Positions 1 to 9,980 of a stretch of DNA of 64,000 nucleotides are shown piece after piece. Made by a program: the position numbers and the translations under genes. Each line of letters opens with the position of its first letter. Position 1 is the stretch's first letter. The stretch is taken from assembly GCA_013239625.1 (NCBI GenBank), contig MU057344.1, positions 1,614,276 to 1,678,275 of the forward strand, in the 5' to 3' direction. A model generated the notes under the pieces. It saw nothing but the letters and a program-made list of their open reading frames with translations. It did not search any database and was not told the origin of the DNA. Source of the stretch: Lama guanicoe (Eukaryota).

Positions 1-377
1 TTCTCCTTCGTGCGGTCGCTGTCCGCTGTTCACCCAAGGGTCTGACTGTGCCTTCGGGGTGGGGCGGGGGTGGGATGGGCCTTCTGCCCACCCCAAGGCT
101 GGGTAAGACGTCTGGCCAGTGGCTGTGAGAGACGCAGGTCGCTCCTCCAGCGCTCTCTGCCCTCGGACACGGCAGCCAGAAAGTCCCGGGTAGATGCCGA
201 GGTGATTATGCGGAGCCGCCCCGCGAGTCGCACTGGGCGTGCAGGAGAAACGCCGCTTTGCTCAGGCCTCTGCGTTTTGGAGCCGTTTGTTACTGGAGCA
301 CAACCTCGCTCTCCCTGACTGATGCGTTTAGGGAATGCCTGGTGCTTTGTCTGGTCCTGCGTAGTCTTAAAACACCC

Positions 378-505
378 TTCATTCACTCACTCACCAGTTA
401 ACAAATATTTACCAAGCGCCTACTGTGTGCAGGACGCTGCCCCAGGTGCTGGAGACACAAGGCTGAGTCCCACCAGGCCTCTGCCCCGGCGGTTCATGTC
501 CTGAG
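378..505 (-). mobile_element. L2 LINE 3' end fragment
   Basis: ttcattcactcac...aacaaatatttaccaagcgcctactgtgtgcagg...ggtgctggagacaca matches the reverse complement of the L2 3' terminus (ttcattcaacaaatatttattgagcacctactatgtgccagg). Confidence 0.8.
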
Positions 506-769
506 ACTCGGTCACCTGCGTAGATGGGCTGCAGCCTTTGTTCTCAGTGCCCCCGTTTCCCTGGAGACGCCCAACTGCAACGTTCCAGGTCAGATGTTGC
601 TCCTGGTGGCAGGCAAGCCTCCAAGGGCCCTTGTGCTGTTTGCTCTGCTCATTTCGGGCAGAAGTGCCCCCTCCTGTCACATGTGCTTGGCTCCGTCCCC
701 GCGGGTCGGTGATTCTAAGGAGCCTTTTTCTGGGCAGCTCCTCCTTTGCGTCCTGTATCGTAGATGGGG

Positions 770-1510
770 AAACTGTGAGGAAAAGGAATCGATTTGAAAG
801 AGTGGGATTCTTAACCTAACAGATGTGGTGTGAGCACACTGTTTTCTCAACAATATTTCCTTCTTTGAATGAATGACACCTCCTCCTTCGGCACCGGCGT
901 TCCTGCGCTAACAAGATGCGTCCTTCTAGCCGGCACCCGCTTCCATCAGCCGGGGCCGTGTTGGCCGAGGGGTCTTCCGCCCCGTTCGCGAGATGTTTCT
1001 CCACTAGAGGGTTGGTAAATCACGTCATAAAAGGCAAGACTTATTATTTCGCTTGGGAACCTCGCCTCTGTTACTTCTCAGCAATGGCCAAGATTCAGAG
1101 TATTAGCCACAGAAATGTTTGCGTTGTCAGGGATGGAAAACGATCGCATAAAAAGAGTCTGATGTGGTGTTCATCATGGATCAGCTGAGAGTAGAGAGAG
1201 TCAGAGAGAAAATAATAACAATAATAAAAATCTACTTCTCAGACCCGCGCCGGGCGCACGGGGCCGGGGTGCCCATGGCTCTCGGTGTGACGGGGACGCC
1301 CCGGGTGCCGTCGCCAGGCCGAAGCTTTCTTCTTGCTGCCCAAACCCCAGGCTCTGGGTTACCGAGGCCCCGAAAGGGCAGATAATTATCGGAAGAGAGT
1401 CTGAAACGTGGGCACCCTGGAGAGCTGCAAAAACGAAACGAGGAGGAGGAATTTTGAATAGATTTCCTCCCTTTGTGTTTCTGTTTTGGACGAGAAGTGC
1501 AGAGGCAGAA
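770..1510. promoter_or_regulatory. AT-rich candidate enhancer cluster
   Basis: Non-repeat AT islands carrying CAGATG E-box overlapping RUNX TGTGGT (820-829), GTAAATCA (1015-1022), GTCATAAAA (1024-1032) and palindromic GATAATTATC (1381-1390). Confidence 0.5.
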
Positions 1511-2510
1511 TAAAAGGGAACCAGGAAGGTGGAGAAAAACATCAAGTTTGCCCTCGGGAAGGTCTGGATTGGCGGCCACACAGGGGCCGATGGGCATCTT
1601 TGTCCCGGGTCTGCCCGCGTGCAGCTTCCGGGAGGCAGGACCGGCCCCACTGGAGGCCTGTGTCTCTCGAAGCTCCCCCAGGAGGAGGGTCCGGGGCGGT
1701 GCTGACCGGCAGGTCCCAGGACGGGGCTCAGCGCCAGATGCCTCGTGGGCGAGGAGGACAGGCCTGTGCCTGGGGCACAGTGACTGTATCTTTCGTAAAC
1801 AAAGTCAGGCCACTCTGGGGCCAGGACTCAGGGAGACTCAGGAGACAGACTGCTGTGTCCCGTGCGCTTCGGTCTCAGCTGGAGAGTTCAGGGGCCTCAC
1901 AGCCGCCCCACCAGACAGCTGCTCCTCTTCCCTGGGGCTCAGACAGGTGAGCCCACCCACCTAAGGTCACACAGACGGTGCCTGGCGAACCTGCTCCCAC
2001 AGAAGGCCCAGGGCTGGGGGAGCAAGACGTTTTGCAGACCAGCCCGCGGCTCACCCTCCGGGGCTGTCCGCCTGCCTTGGGGTCTGGATGGGAAGCGTGT
2101 GACCCCCGAGCCAGGTGCCAGGTGCACCCCCGCCCCCGCCCCCGCCGGGGCTGGCTCCCGCCGCGGCTCTGGTTGGTCTTACTGGTTGTCCCGCTGCGTC
2201 TGGCCTTCCCTCCCGTTCCCGCAGCAGGCGCTGCTCATGTGCCCCTCACCCTGCTCCCTTATTAAACACCCGTGGCTCTTCTTTCATAATCACCTTTGGG
2301 CCCCCGAAGTGTCACTGCCATCCCCCTCGAAGCCCTCGCCCCTCTCCGGGCCCCCGGTTTCCCCACATGACATGTTGTGCGCCTCCTCAGGAGCCCCGAC
2401 GACACGGCAGGAGGGGAGTCTGTGTTGCCGCCCCTCTTCTACATCGCATGCTCGGGGCAAACTGTCCGCTGTTCCTACAGGGAGAGACAGCCTTGGCTGC
2501 ATGAGCCAGG

Positions 2511-2546
2511 CCTGCCCTGCCCTGCCCTGCCCTGCCCTGCCCTGCC
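2511..2546. repeat. (CCTGC)7 pentanucleotide microsatellite
   Basis: Seven perfect CCTGC units. Confidence 0.95.
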
Positions 2547-2794
2547 GCGGGGGCACTTGCTGAGCTGTCCCCTTTCCTGTGCTTCTGGGAGCCGGGCCCC
2601 CAGACAAGGCTTCAGAGGCTGTCGGGGACCTTGCTCAGCCTGACCCCACAGGCTGCCTCTCTGCCCAGCCTCCTCCACGCCGCTCCAGTAGCCACAGGGA
2701 GGGCTGTCTGCAGCGCTTAGTAGGAGCTGGGGTCGGGTGTGGATTTGGTGGCAGGAAAACTTCTTGAAAGGCAAAGGACTCTGTCAGAGGACTT

Positions 2795-2921
2795 CATTAT
2801 CTTCTCAGCACCTCAATTTCCTCATCTATAAAATGTAGATGATAATGGTTCCTGCCCCAAAGTTGTCAGTGATTGTATGAGTTGCTGTGGGCAAAGCACA
2901 CTTAAGATAGCACCAGGCACC
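2795..2921 (+). mobile_element. MIR SINE fragment
   Basis: cctcaatttcctcatctataaaatgtagatgataatgg...caccaggcac matches the MIR core and 3' part. Confidence 0.8.
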
Positions 2922-2945
2922 TGCAGAGGGCTCAGAGCGAGACCA

Positions 2946-3133
2946 GGGAGATGGTGATGGAGATGATGACAGTGGTGACTGTGATGCAGATGTTTGTGGC
3001 GGTGAAGATGCAGGTGATGGAGGTGAGGATGGTGGTGCTTGTGATGAGGATGGTTGTCATGGTGATGATGCTGATGGACGTAACAGTGATGGCGATGACG
3101 CTGACGATGATAATGACGATGGTGCTGGTGATG
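2946..3133. repeat. Degenerate (GAT/GGT)n trinucleotide low-complexity tract
   Basis: Periodic gatggtgatggagatgatgac...; this tract produces the spurious His-rich and Met/Val-rich ORFs. Confidence 0.9.
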
Positions 3134-3204
3134 AGCCCCTGCGGTTCCACCAGGCACCATCAGTCCACGAGGGAACCCAAGAGCCCTGGAGAGGACATCC
3201 CCAG

Positions 3205-3320
3205 AGGGATCAGACCGCAGGATCTCCGGTTCTGGCTCCGCCGTCTGTGGGTGTGACCCGGGGCAAGTCACTTACCCTCTCGGGGCCCTGGTTTCCGACC
3301 TGGCAATGCAGGGCAAACAC
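3205..3320 (+). mobile_element. MIR SINE fragment
   Basis: gtgtgacccggggcaagtcacttaccctctcggggccctggtttcc resembles the MIR core tgtgaccttgggcaagttacttaacctctctgtgcctcagtttcc. Confidence 0.7.
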
Positions 3321-3519
3321 CCTGTGCCCGGCTTGAGTTCCTGGTCTGGAAGGACCCTGGAGATAAGGCACGGAGCAGCTCGGTGGCGAGTACCTCGCAA
3401 AAACAGGAGCCGGCACTGAAAGAAAAAACAACAGGAAGAGACGGAAAGAGAAGCCGTAAATGCCCCTCACACGCCGGCCCTCGGCGCTGACCTCTCACCC
3501 GGAGGAGCGGGCCTCGGGG

Positions 3520-3850
3520 AGTTAATAAGAAATACAGGACTTCCTGCGAGATAGCAAGTGAATTGTGAGCCGTGAATTACTTTTTTCCTTTGAAAAATGA
3601 TGTAGCCGGGTCAAAATATTTTTGCGTTTCAAACCCTTGGGTTCCTTTGTCCTCGGGGCTGACATGACTTGGTTTCCATGCAGCCGCACAATGCGTGGAA
3701 ACATCTTTTAACTGCCAGACGGCCCTTCTGATAAGCCCGCCAATTCATAATGTGGGTTTGGAAAGCTGGACGGGTGAGAAAGCAGAGGCCTTTGGAAAGT
3801 CTGTTTGCTCAGCAGCGAGAGGCCCTCTCTCCTGCCCTGGTAAACAGGGC
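3520..3850. promoter_or_regulatory. AT-rich candidate enhancer
   Basis: AT island with CCTTTGAA (TCF-like), CTGATAAG (GATA, 3728-3735), repeated TGGAAA (NFAT-like) and GTAAACA (FOX, 3840-3846). Confidence 0.45.
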
Positions 3851-4409
3851 CCCGAGCGCCGGCTATTGAGCGCCGGCCGGGCGGGGACGGCACACAGGAC
3901 AGCCCCCGCCCACCCACACTCCGCGCCTGGTGGGGGGACCTGCTCGGGCGCCCCTGGGGCCAGACTCCCAGGTGACGCGTCTGCCTCTGCAGGTGACACG
4001 CAGAGGCTCGGGGCTGTGACAGCCTGGCCGCCCCCGTTGACGAGGCAGCCTGGGAGAGCTGGCCTTTCCTTCTCAGCCACTCCAGTCCTGGCTCAGAACC
4101 GTCCCCAAGGGGCGGGTTTGCTCAGCGGGCAGTGGGTCAGGGCTGCAGCTTCCTTGGCTTCTTGGTTAAAGGGAGCCTGTCAGGCTGCTGCTCTGGGCCA
4201 TGAGGCGGCAGGACGACATGGGATAACGTGCACACCCTCTACCCCTTTCCCCTTCCAAGCCGCCTGCCTGCCTGCCCCAGGCTGAATCGAAGGCTCGCTC
4301 CCGCGCACGCTGTTTTCCAGGGAAAGACTGAAAGTGTGAGCGGGTGTTGGGCTGGTGTTTCTTCAGACACTTACACCTGCTACAGAAGGCTGGCTACGGG
4401 GCCAACACG

Positions 4410-4540
4410 CAAGCAGGAGCCCATTCTGCAGGTGAGGGAACAAGGCACAGAGAGGGTCAGTAACCGACGCAGTGCTGCACAGCTCTGAGGTTAGAGCCGG
4501 GGTCTAAACCCGGGTCATCAGGCTCCGTGCTCTTAGCAAC
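4410..4540 (-). mobile_element. MIR SINE fragment
   Basis: cccattctgcaggtgagggaacaaggcacagagagggtcagtaac...agagccggggtctaaacccggg is the reverse MIR core. Confidence 0.75.
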
Positions 4541-4839
4541 ACGTCATGAGTCTCCTCGACAGACCAGGATCTGTTTGCTCCATCAGTGGACGGCGCCGAC
4601 GTGGCGGGTGCCTGGACCTGGAAGTCCCGGGACTCCCTCAGTTAGCACGAGGGAGCCCAGGGTCAGCACCCGCGGGTGACTTGATGGCTTTCAACGAGGC
4701 AGAGCCAGCCAGGAGGAGCCGCGGTCTTACAGGGTCTGGACAGAACCACGGAGGCAATGTGGACCCGGAAGTCCGGGACGGAGCCTCCCCCGTGTCCCCA
4801 CCTGCATCCGGCCACCTCGTCCCCCACACCGGAGATGAA

Positions 4840-4857
4840 GTCGCCCCCTGCTGAGGG
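4840..4857 (-). promoter_or_regulatory. Candidate CTCF motif
   Basis: The minus strand reads TCAGCAGGGGGCGA versus core CCASCAGRGGGCGC. Chance matches are common at this GC content. Confidence 0.3.
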
Positions 4858-5975
4858 TCCTGAGGAAGGAGGAAGGTGTAGGGCTTGCAGAGAACCCACA
4901 GAGACAAGCCCTCAGCACACAAGGGGTGGGGGAGCAATGCAGTGAAGCCCTAAAGTGACCGAAGTGACAGCAGCAGACAGCAGGGGTGCGTGCTGGGCTG
5001 GTCCCCCGTCAACGGCAGCGCGGAGTCGTCCACACTCTCCGGGCGGCCGCCAGTGACGCCCTCTGCCCTCCTTGAGAACGAGCCTCTGTCCCGGAGGAGC
5101 CCACCTGCCCATGCAGCGTGGGGGATACAACTGGCTCTGTCTACAGAAGGACGCCCCCCAGGCCGTAGGGGCCTGGCCAGCACAGCGGCTCCTCTGGGCG
5201 CGGCCTCTGCTCAGCTGCGGTCAGCACCCGCTCCACCTCTGGACTCGACCGTCCCCGTGGAGCCTGGCCTCGCTCGGTCCCTGGGGGTGACCCCTGAGCT
5301 CCCCCTGGGTGTGTCTCCAGGCACTGGAGCGTCTTCTGTCTGGTTTTCAGTTGCATCAAAGGCCCAGGGAGGCGAAGGCCAGTCCAAGAACCTGGACCAG
5401 CATGATGATCTGATGGCATCTGAGGCCCGGTCTCTCCTCCCCCCAGCTTTGCTGCTGGCCTTGTCCTGGGGGTGGGAGAACAAGGTTCAGGCTGGAATCC
5501 TGGGACAATCCCAGGTATGCTGGGAGCGCTGCTCTCCTGCGGGGCCTCCGGGCCAAACGGGACCACCTGTCGGACAGTGGGGGAGCTGTTCCCACCGCCC
5601 TGGGCGCCGGCCGGCCCGGGGACCGCAGTCTCGGAGCGTGGCCGCCACCTGGCCACTGGGCCTCTGTCCCCGGGCTTGAGCCACCTGCCCCGGCTCCACC
5701 CATGGGGCCCCCAGAGGCACCAGCCAGAGCACAGCCCACAGAGGGTCCCAGCACTTCCACCCATTGCAGAACGTGCCCCGAGACCCCCAAGGTGCCCGCG
5801 TGTCCCCCCACGGCACCCGGCAGACACGGCTCATGTTCCCTCTGGGTGGCAGCCCCTTGCCTGGCAAACCTCAGGCTTCACTCCTCAGAAAGGCCGCCTG
5901 GACAAGACCAGTGGTGAAGGAGGCAACTCCTTAAATAAGAAACAGGGAGAAGTCGCCAACATCCTTTGGAGAAGT

Positions 5976-6062
5976 GGGCGCCGGTCAGACGGCAGAGGCC
6001 GGCGGGCGCTGGTCAGACGGCAGAGGCCGGCGGGCGCCGGTCAGACGGCAGAGGCCAGCGGG
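5976..6062. repeat. 28-bp tandem repeat, 3 copies
   Basis: gggcgccggtcagacggcagaggccggc x3, with one substitution each in copies 2 and 3. Confidence 0.95.
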
Positions 6063-6349
6063 GGGCAGCACCTGTTCCTTCATTCACGGGTTCAGGGGAC
6101 CATCTGCTGGGGCCTCCTCTGCGCCCACGCCATCCCTGCACGCCCCCAGCACGCGCTTCCTGCTGTTGTCCTGACCCGATTCCCGCCCCAGGGCAGATGA
6201 CTCTGCTCTGCAGACGGGGGTTCCAGGCACCAGGCGGTCAGGACTTTGCCCACAGCTCCCAGGTGGCTGAGCTGGAGGTCGCCCGCCTGCCGCGGCGGCC
6301 CCTCGGCTGTGACCCGTCCGCCCCCGCCCCGCGGCGCCCCCGCCTGTCC

Positions 6350-6695
6350 ACCTTCTTCTGCTCGGGATGTTCTAACAGGGGTGCCGCCAACCAGGCGGCT
6401 CAGACAACAGACATTTCGCTCCAGCAGTTTTGGAGGCTGGACGTCCAGGAGTCTGCGCCCAGTGCGGCCTCTCTTCTCGTCTTCTCTGAGTCCTCATGTG
6501 GCAGGGGGAGGGGGGCGGGCGGGGACCAAGCTCTCTGTTCCCTCCTCAGGACGCTGATCTCATCTGGGCCCCACCCGCCTGACCTCACCCGACCCCCATC
6601 ACCTCCCAAAGGCCCCACCTCCAAACGCCACCACAGTGGGGGTGAGGGCTTCGGCATACGTATTCTGGGGGGACATAGACGTCCAGCCTGCAATG
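6350..6695 (-). mobile_element. MaLR solo LTR (MLT1A-like)
   Basis: acaacagacattt...cagttttggaggctgg...atcacctcccaaaggccccacctccaaacgccaccacagtgggggtgagggcttcggcatacgtattctggggggacatagac matches the reverse MLT1A LTR. Confidence 0.85.
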
Positions 6696-6789
6696 CCATT
6701 GCAGAGGCCAGCAAAACCCAAGTTCAAAGCCATGAGAACGTGGGCAGTAACCATGACCAGAAGCGTTGGCCGCAGAGACAGCAGGCAGG

Positions 6790-7500
6790 AGCCGCGTGGC
6801 CCGGGCGTGGCTGGGGTGTCCGTGAGGCCTCTGGGGGGCGGCGTTGGAGAGGTCCCGGAGGCCAAGGAGCGACCTGGGAGGGCAGAGCTGAGCGCGTTCC
6901 AGGTGGAGCGAACAGCAGCTCGAGGACCCCAGAGTGCAAGGAGGGGGCTGGAGGTCCAGTGCACCCTGGGTCAGGGCGCTCAGAGGGGCAGGCGTTCAGG
7001 GGGTCAAGGGAGGGGCAGGGAGATGATGAAAGCCGTGTGTTTGGGGTATTTTGGGGGGAGAGGCGTCAGCACATGAACGCGAGGAGACTGGGGCAGCTTT
7101 GGGGTGCCAGGAGCGGGCAAGCCAGGGCAGGAGCGGGAGAGGGGCGGGTGGAGGGGGGGGTTGACCTGGTCCACCTGACATCCGAGATGTGCCGTCGACG
7201 TCCCAGAGGGCGTCTGGTGGGCAGTTGGATGTGATCTCTGAGGGCAGGGACCCTGGGGCTGGGGTGGCCCCCAGGGAGTACCAGCATGGACGGGGCTGGT
7301 GGGGAGCCCTGCAGCCCTGGAGCTGAGACCAGCGGGGAGGAGAGGCCGGCAGAACCCAGGCACGTGTGGAGTGTGGAGGGTGATGAGGAAGGCGGGGCAG
7401 AGCTGACTGTAGCCTGGGGACCTTGTGAGCTGACCCCCGGCCTGGCCGGAGCAAGGTGCGGGGCGAGGGGGCGGGGCAGCAGGACGGAGTGGAAAGTGGG
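6790..7500 (-). mobile_element. L2 LINE fragment(s), heavily diverged
   Basis: gagcgcgttccaggtggagcgaacagc and gggcagttggatgtgatctctgagggc resemble reverse L2 motifs (agcattccaggcagagggaacagc; aggcagttggatat). Confidence 0.55.
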
Positions 7501-8159
7501 ATGGGAGCTGAAGGGGTGTCGCATCCGGTGGGGCTGAGAGCTGCTGGGCTCACTGGCCGGCGGCCTGGTGGGGCGGAGAGGCTTGGGGTCTGGTCCCAGG
7601 AGGGCCTGCCCAGGATGGAGGGAGCGTTCTGTGGAGGGAGGAAGGCCGGCCCCGCCCAGGTTCCCAGGAGGAGAAGACAGGTGCGGGACCTGTGGTCCAG
7701 GGGACCCCGCTGAGGTCCTGGGAAGGGGAGGAGGGGTTGAAGTCAGCAGGACCCGCTTCTGGTCTGAGGGCCCCTGAAATGACAGCGGCTCTGTGACACC
7801 TTGCTCCGAAGCCTCGCCCTGGGGGCCGCCTGGAACAGCGGACGGTGGGGTTCTTCCTGGAGGCAGGGGTGGGAGCTGCGGGTGGGTAATGGGGAGAGGA
7901 CACAAACCCCAGCTGGAGGGACGCACCGTGCGGTCAGTGCCGATGAGGCCCCCAGGACCCGCGTCTGGCCAGGACCCAGGCCCTCTGCTCTCTGGGACCT
8001 GCTCACCCTCATGCTGAGCCTGCTTGGCCCAGCCAGCCAAGCCCCGGCCTCCCCCGGTGCCCCCGCGCCCGTGGGCCAAGCCCAGGGCAGGCCACCTGGT
8101 CCCTCTTTCCACCAGGCCCCATCGCCTCAAGTCCAGCCAGGGAGGCCTGCGGCCCATTC

Positions 8160-8352
8160 GCTTAGTCAGCAAGAGCCACCACGAGCTCCGGTCGCCATAA
8201 ACGCATATTTAATAACGATTTTCTTCTTGCTGCTTCAGAAGCTCAGAAACGGGCTTCGCCCTTCAGCTGGTAATGAGAACTTAATAAAAGTGGGATTTTG
8301 TGCAAGGCTGGCCCTCTGACATCTTAATCTTTATTAAAGAGACGTAAACTTG
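8160..8352. promoter_or_regulatory. AT-rich candidate enhancer
   Basis: ARE/MARE-like TGCTGACTAAGC on the minus strand (8160-8171), CCATAAA (8195-8201), and TAATAAAA and TTTATTAA posterior HOX/CDX-type sites. Confidence 0.5.
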
Positions 8353-8589
8353 CAGGGAATGAGCGGGCCTGCCCGGCCCAGCCGGACGCCCGGAGAGGAC
8401 AGCAGCACCCCCACCCCTGACCGACCTCAGGCACGGCGCGCGGCGCCCCTCCTCCCGTCCCTCCGCTTCCCTCGGCGGACTGGGCCGATCTCCACCCCCG
8501 ACGCCGGGGCCTCCGCGGGAGCCGGGCAGCCCCCTTTGGAGAGAAGTGAGGGATTGGACCGAGAGTGGGCTGCCCTCTCCCCTTCTCTT

Positions 8590-9180
8590 TTCGGTTGGGA
8601 TGAAATTTACAAAATACACAAATTAATTCTTTGAAAGTGAACAATTTCCTGGCATTTATTACGCTCGTGAGGATGTGCGGGCACCACCGCTACCTGGTTC
8701 CGGGCATTTTCGTGAGCCTCAAGGAGACCTGTGTCCCCAGCAGCCGCCCCACCACCACCGCCCACGGCACGGACGGGCCTGTGTCTCCATCCGCATTTGC
8801 CGGTTCCAGACGCTTCGTCTAAATGTAGTCGCACCTGTGCCCTCGTGTCTGTGTGCTTTCACGCCCGGCCGTGTTTCCGAGGCTCGCCCACCTCGTGGCC
8901 TGTGTCAGTCCCGCATTCCTTTCTGGGGCCGAGCAGTATCCCACTGCGCGGATGGACCACTGTCCTCCCCGCCGGGCCACGGAGGGCACCTCTGCTGCAC
9001 CTTTGCTGCTGTGACGGGCACGGCCGTGGACGTGCGCGTTCCGGTGTCCGTCTGAGCCCGCTTTCAGTCCTCCCTGGCAGACCCCTGGGGGTGGACCTGC
9101 TGGGCCCGGTGTGAGCTGGTGTTACTTACGGGGGAGCCACCAGACTGGTTGCCCGGCGGCCGCCCCATTTTGCAGTCTGG
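8590..9180 (-). mobile_element. L1MB-like LINE-1 3' UTR fragment, GC-converted
   Basis: Collinear with the reverse L1MB 3' end, e.g. gcatttgccggttccagacgcttcgtctaaatg ~ gatttgcctattctggacatttcatataaatg; cattcctttctggggccgagcagtatcccactg ~ cattcctttttatggctgaataatattccattg. Confidence 0.8.
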
Positions 9181-9819
9181 TGTCCGCGTGCTTTGACTTA
9201 GAGCTGCTCGGGATGAGAACGGGCTTCTCAGAGTGGCTGAAGGGCCACCCACCCCACTGACCCCTGGGCAACCGGAGCTGCTGTTCCCCCTTCTGTAGAC
9301 GGGGCGGAGCAGGGTACCAGCCCCTCCATCAGTGAGGGGGAGTGTGGAGGTGAGGCCCGGCCTGGCCCACAGGAAGCCCCACTCACTCGTAGGAAGAAGG
9401 GCCTTGACGCCGGTTCTAAGCAAGCCCCACAAGGAGGCCAAGCTGTCGGTTCAGGTCCTGCTCAGCCAGGGGCCAGTTCTGCCTGCGGCTCATGGACGTG
9501 ACAGCAGGCTGACTGGCCCTGACTCTAGCACCCACCCAGCCAGCACCCACACCCCTGCTGGTCTGGACCCCAGGCCCTCAAACCGTCATCCACCGAGGCT
9601 CCCCTTCTCACACGTGTGCGATCATGCGGGGAGCAGGCCCCGGGTGTGAGCCTGCCAGCCCCTTGGCCACGGGTTCCGGCGGCCTGGCCAGGAGCGGGCC
9701 ACCTGGAGCCCCTGACCCCACTGTGGACGCAGGCCCAGCCCCTCAGCCAGTGTCGGGTGGGGCGCACGTGTACAAATGTGTCTGTCCTCGGCTAATCCAC
9801 CAGGGAGGGAGAAGAGCGG

Positions 9820-9980
9820 AGTCTTTGTCAATCTCCAAGCAATTAGGATAATTAAAAAAGAAAGCTTATTGGGTAAACATGCTCTCGGATCGTGACCCCT
9901 TAATTAATAGACTACGGGGAGAAATTACAGCAGAGTCAAGAGAATTAACACGTTCATTTAAAAGAGTACCGTTAGGTGGG
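9820..9980. promoter_or_regulatory. AT-rich candidate enhancer
   Basis: Dense TAAT/ATTA homeodomain cores (caattaggataattaa, ttaattaat, gaattaa) plus FOX GTAAACA. Confidence 0.5.

Noticed and set aside
1878-1952. 69-nt exon bounded by tctcag| and CAG|GTGAGC
   Set aside because: The pyrimidine tract is poor and the peptide unrecognisable; such pairs arise by chance.
2822-3271. His-rich (minus) and Met/Val-rich (plus) ORFs
   Set aside because: They are translations of a degenerate (GAT/GGT)n tract flanked by MIRs.
5976-6062. CRISPR-like 28-bp repeats
   Set aside because: The repeats are head-to-tail with no spacers, no cas genes are present, and the context is mammalian.
5966-7234. 422-aa ORF, the longest in the track
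   Set aside because: It starts at a non-ATG codon and crosses a minisatellite, an MLT1 LTR and L2. The composition is G/R/P/A-biased with no domain.
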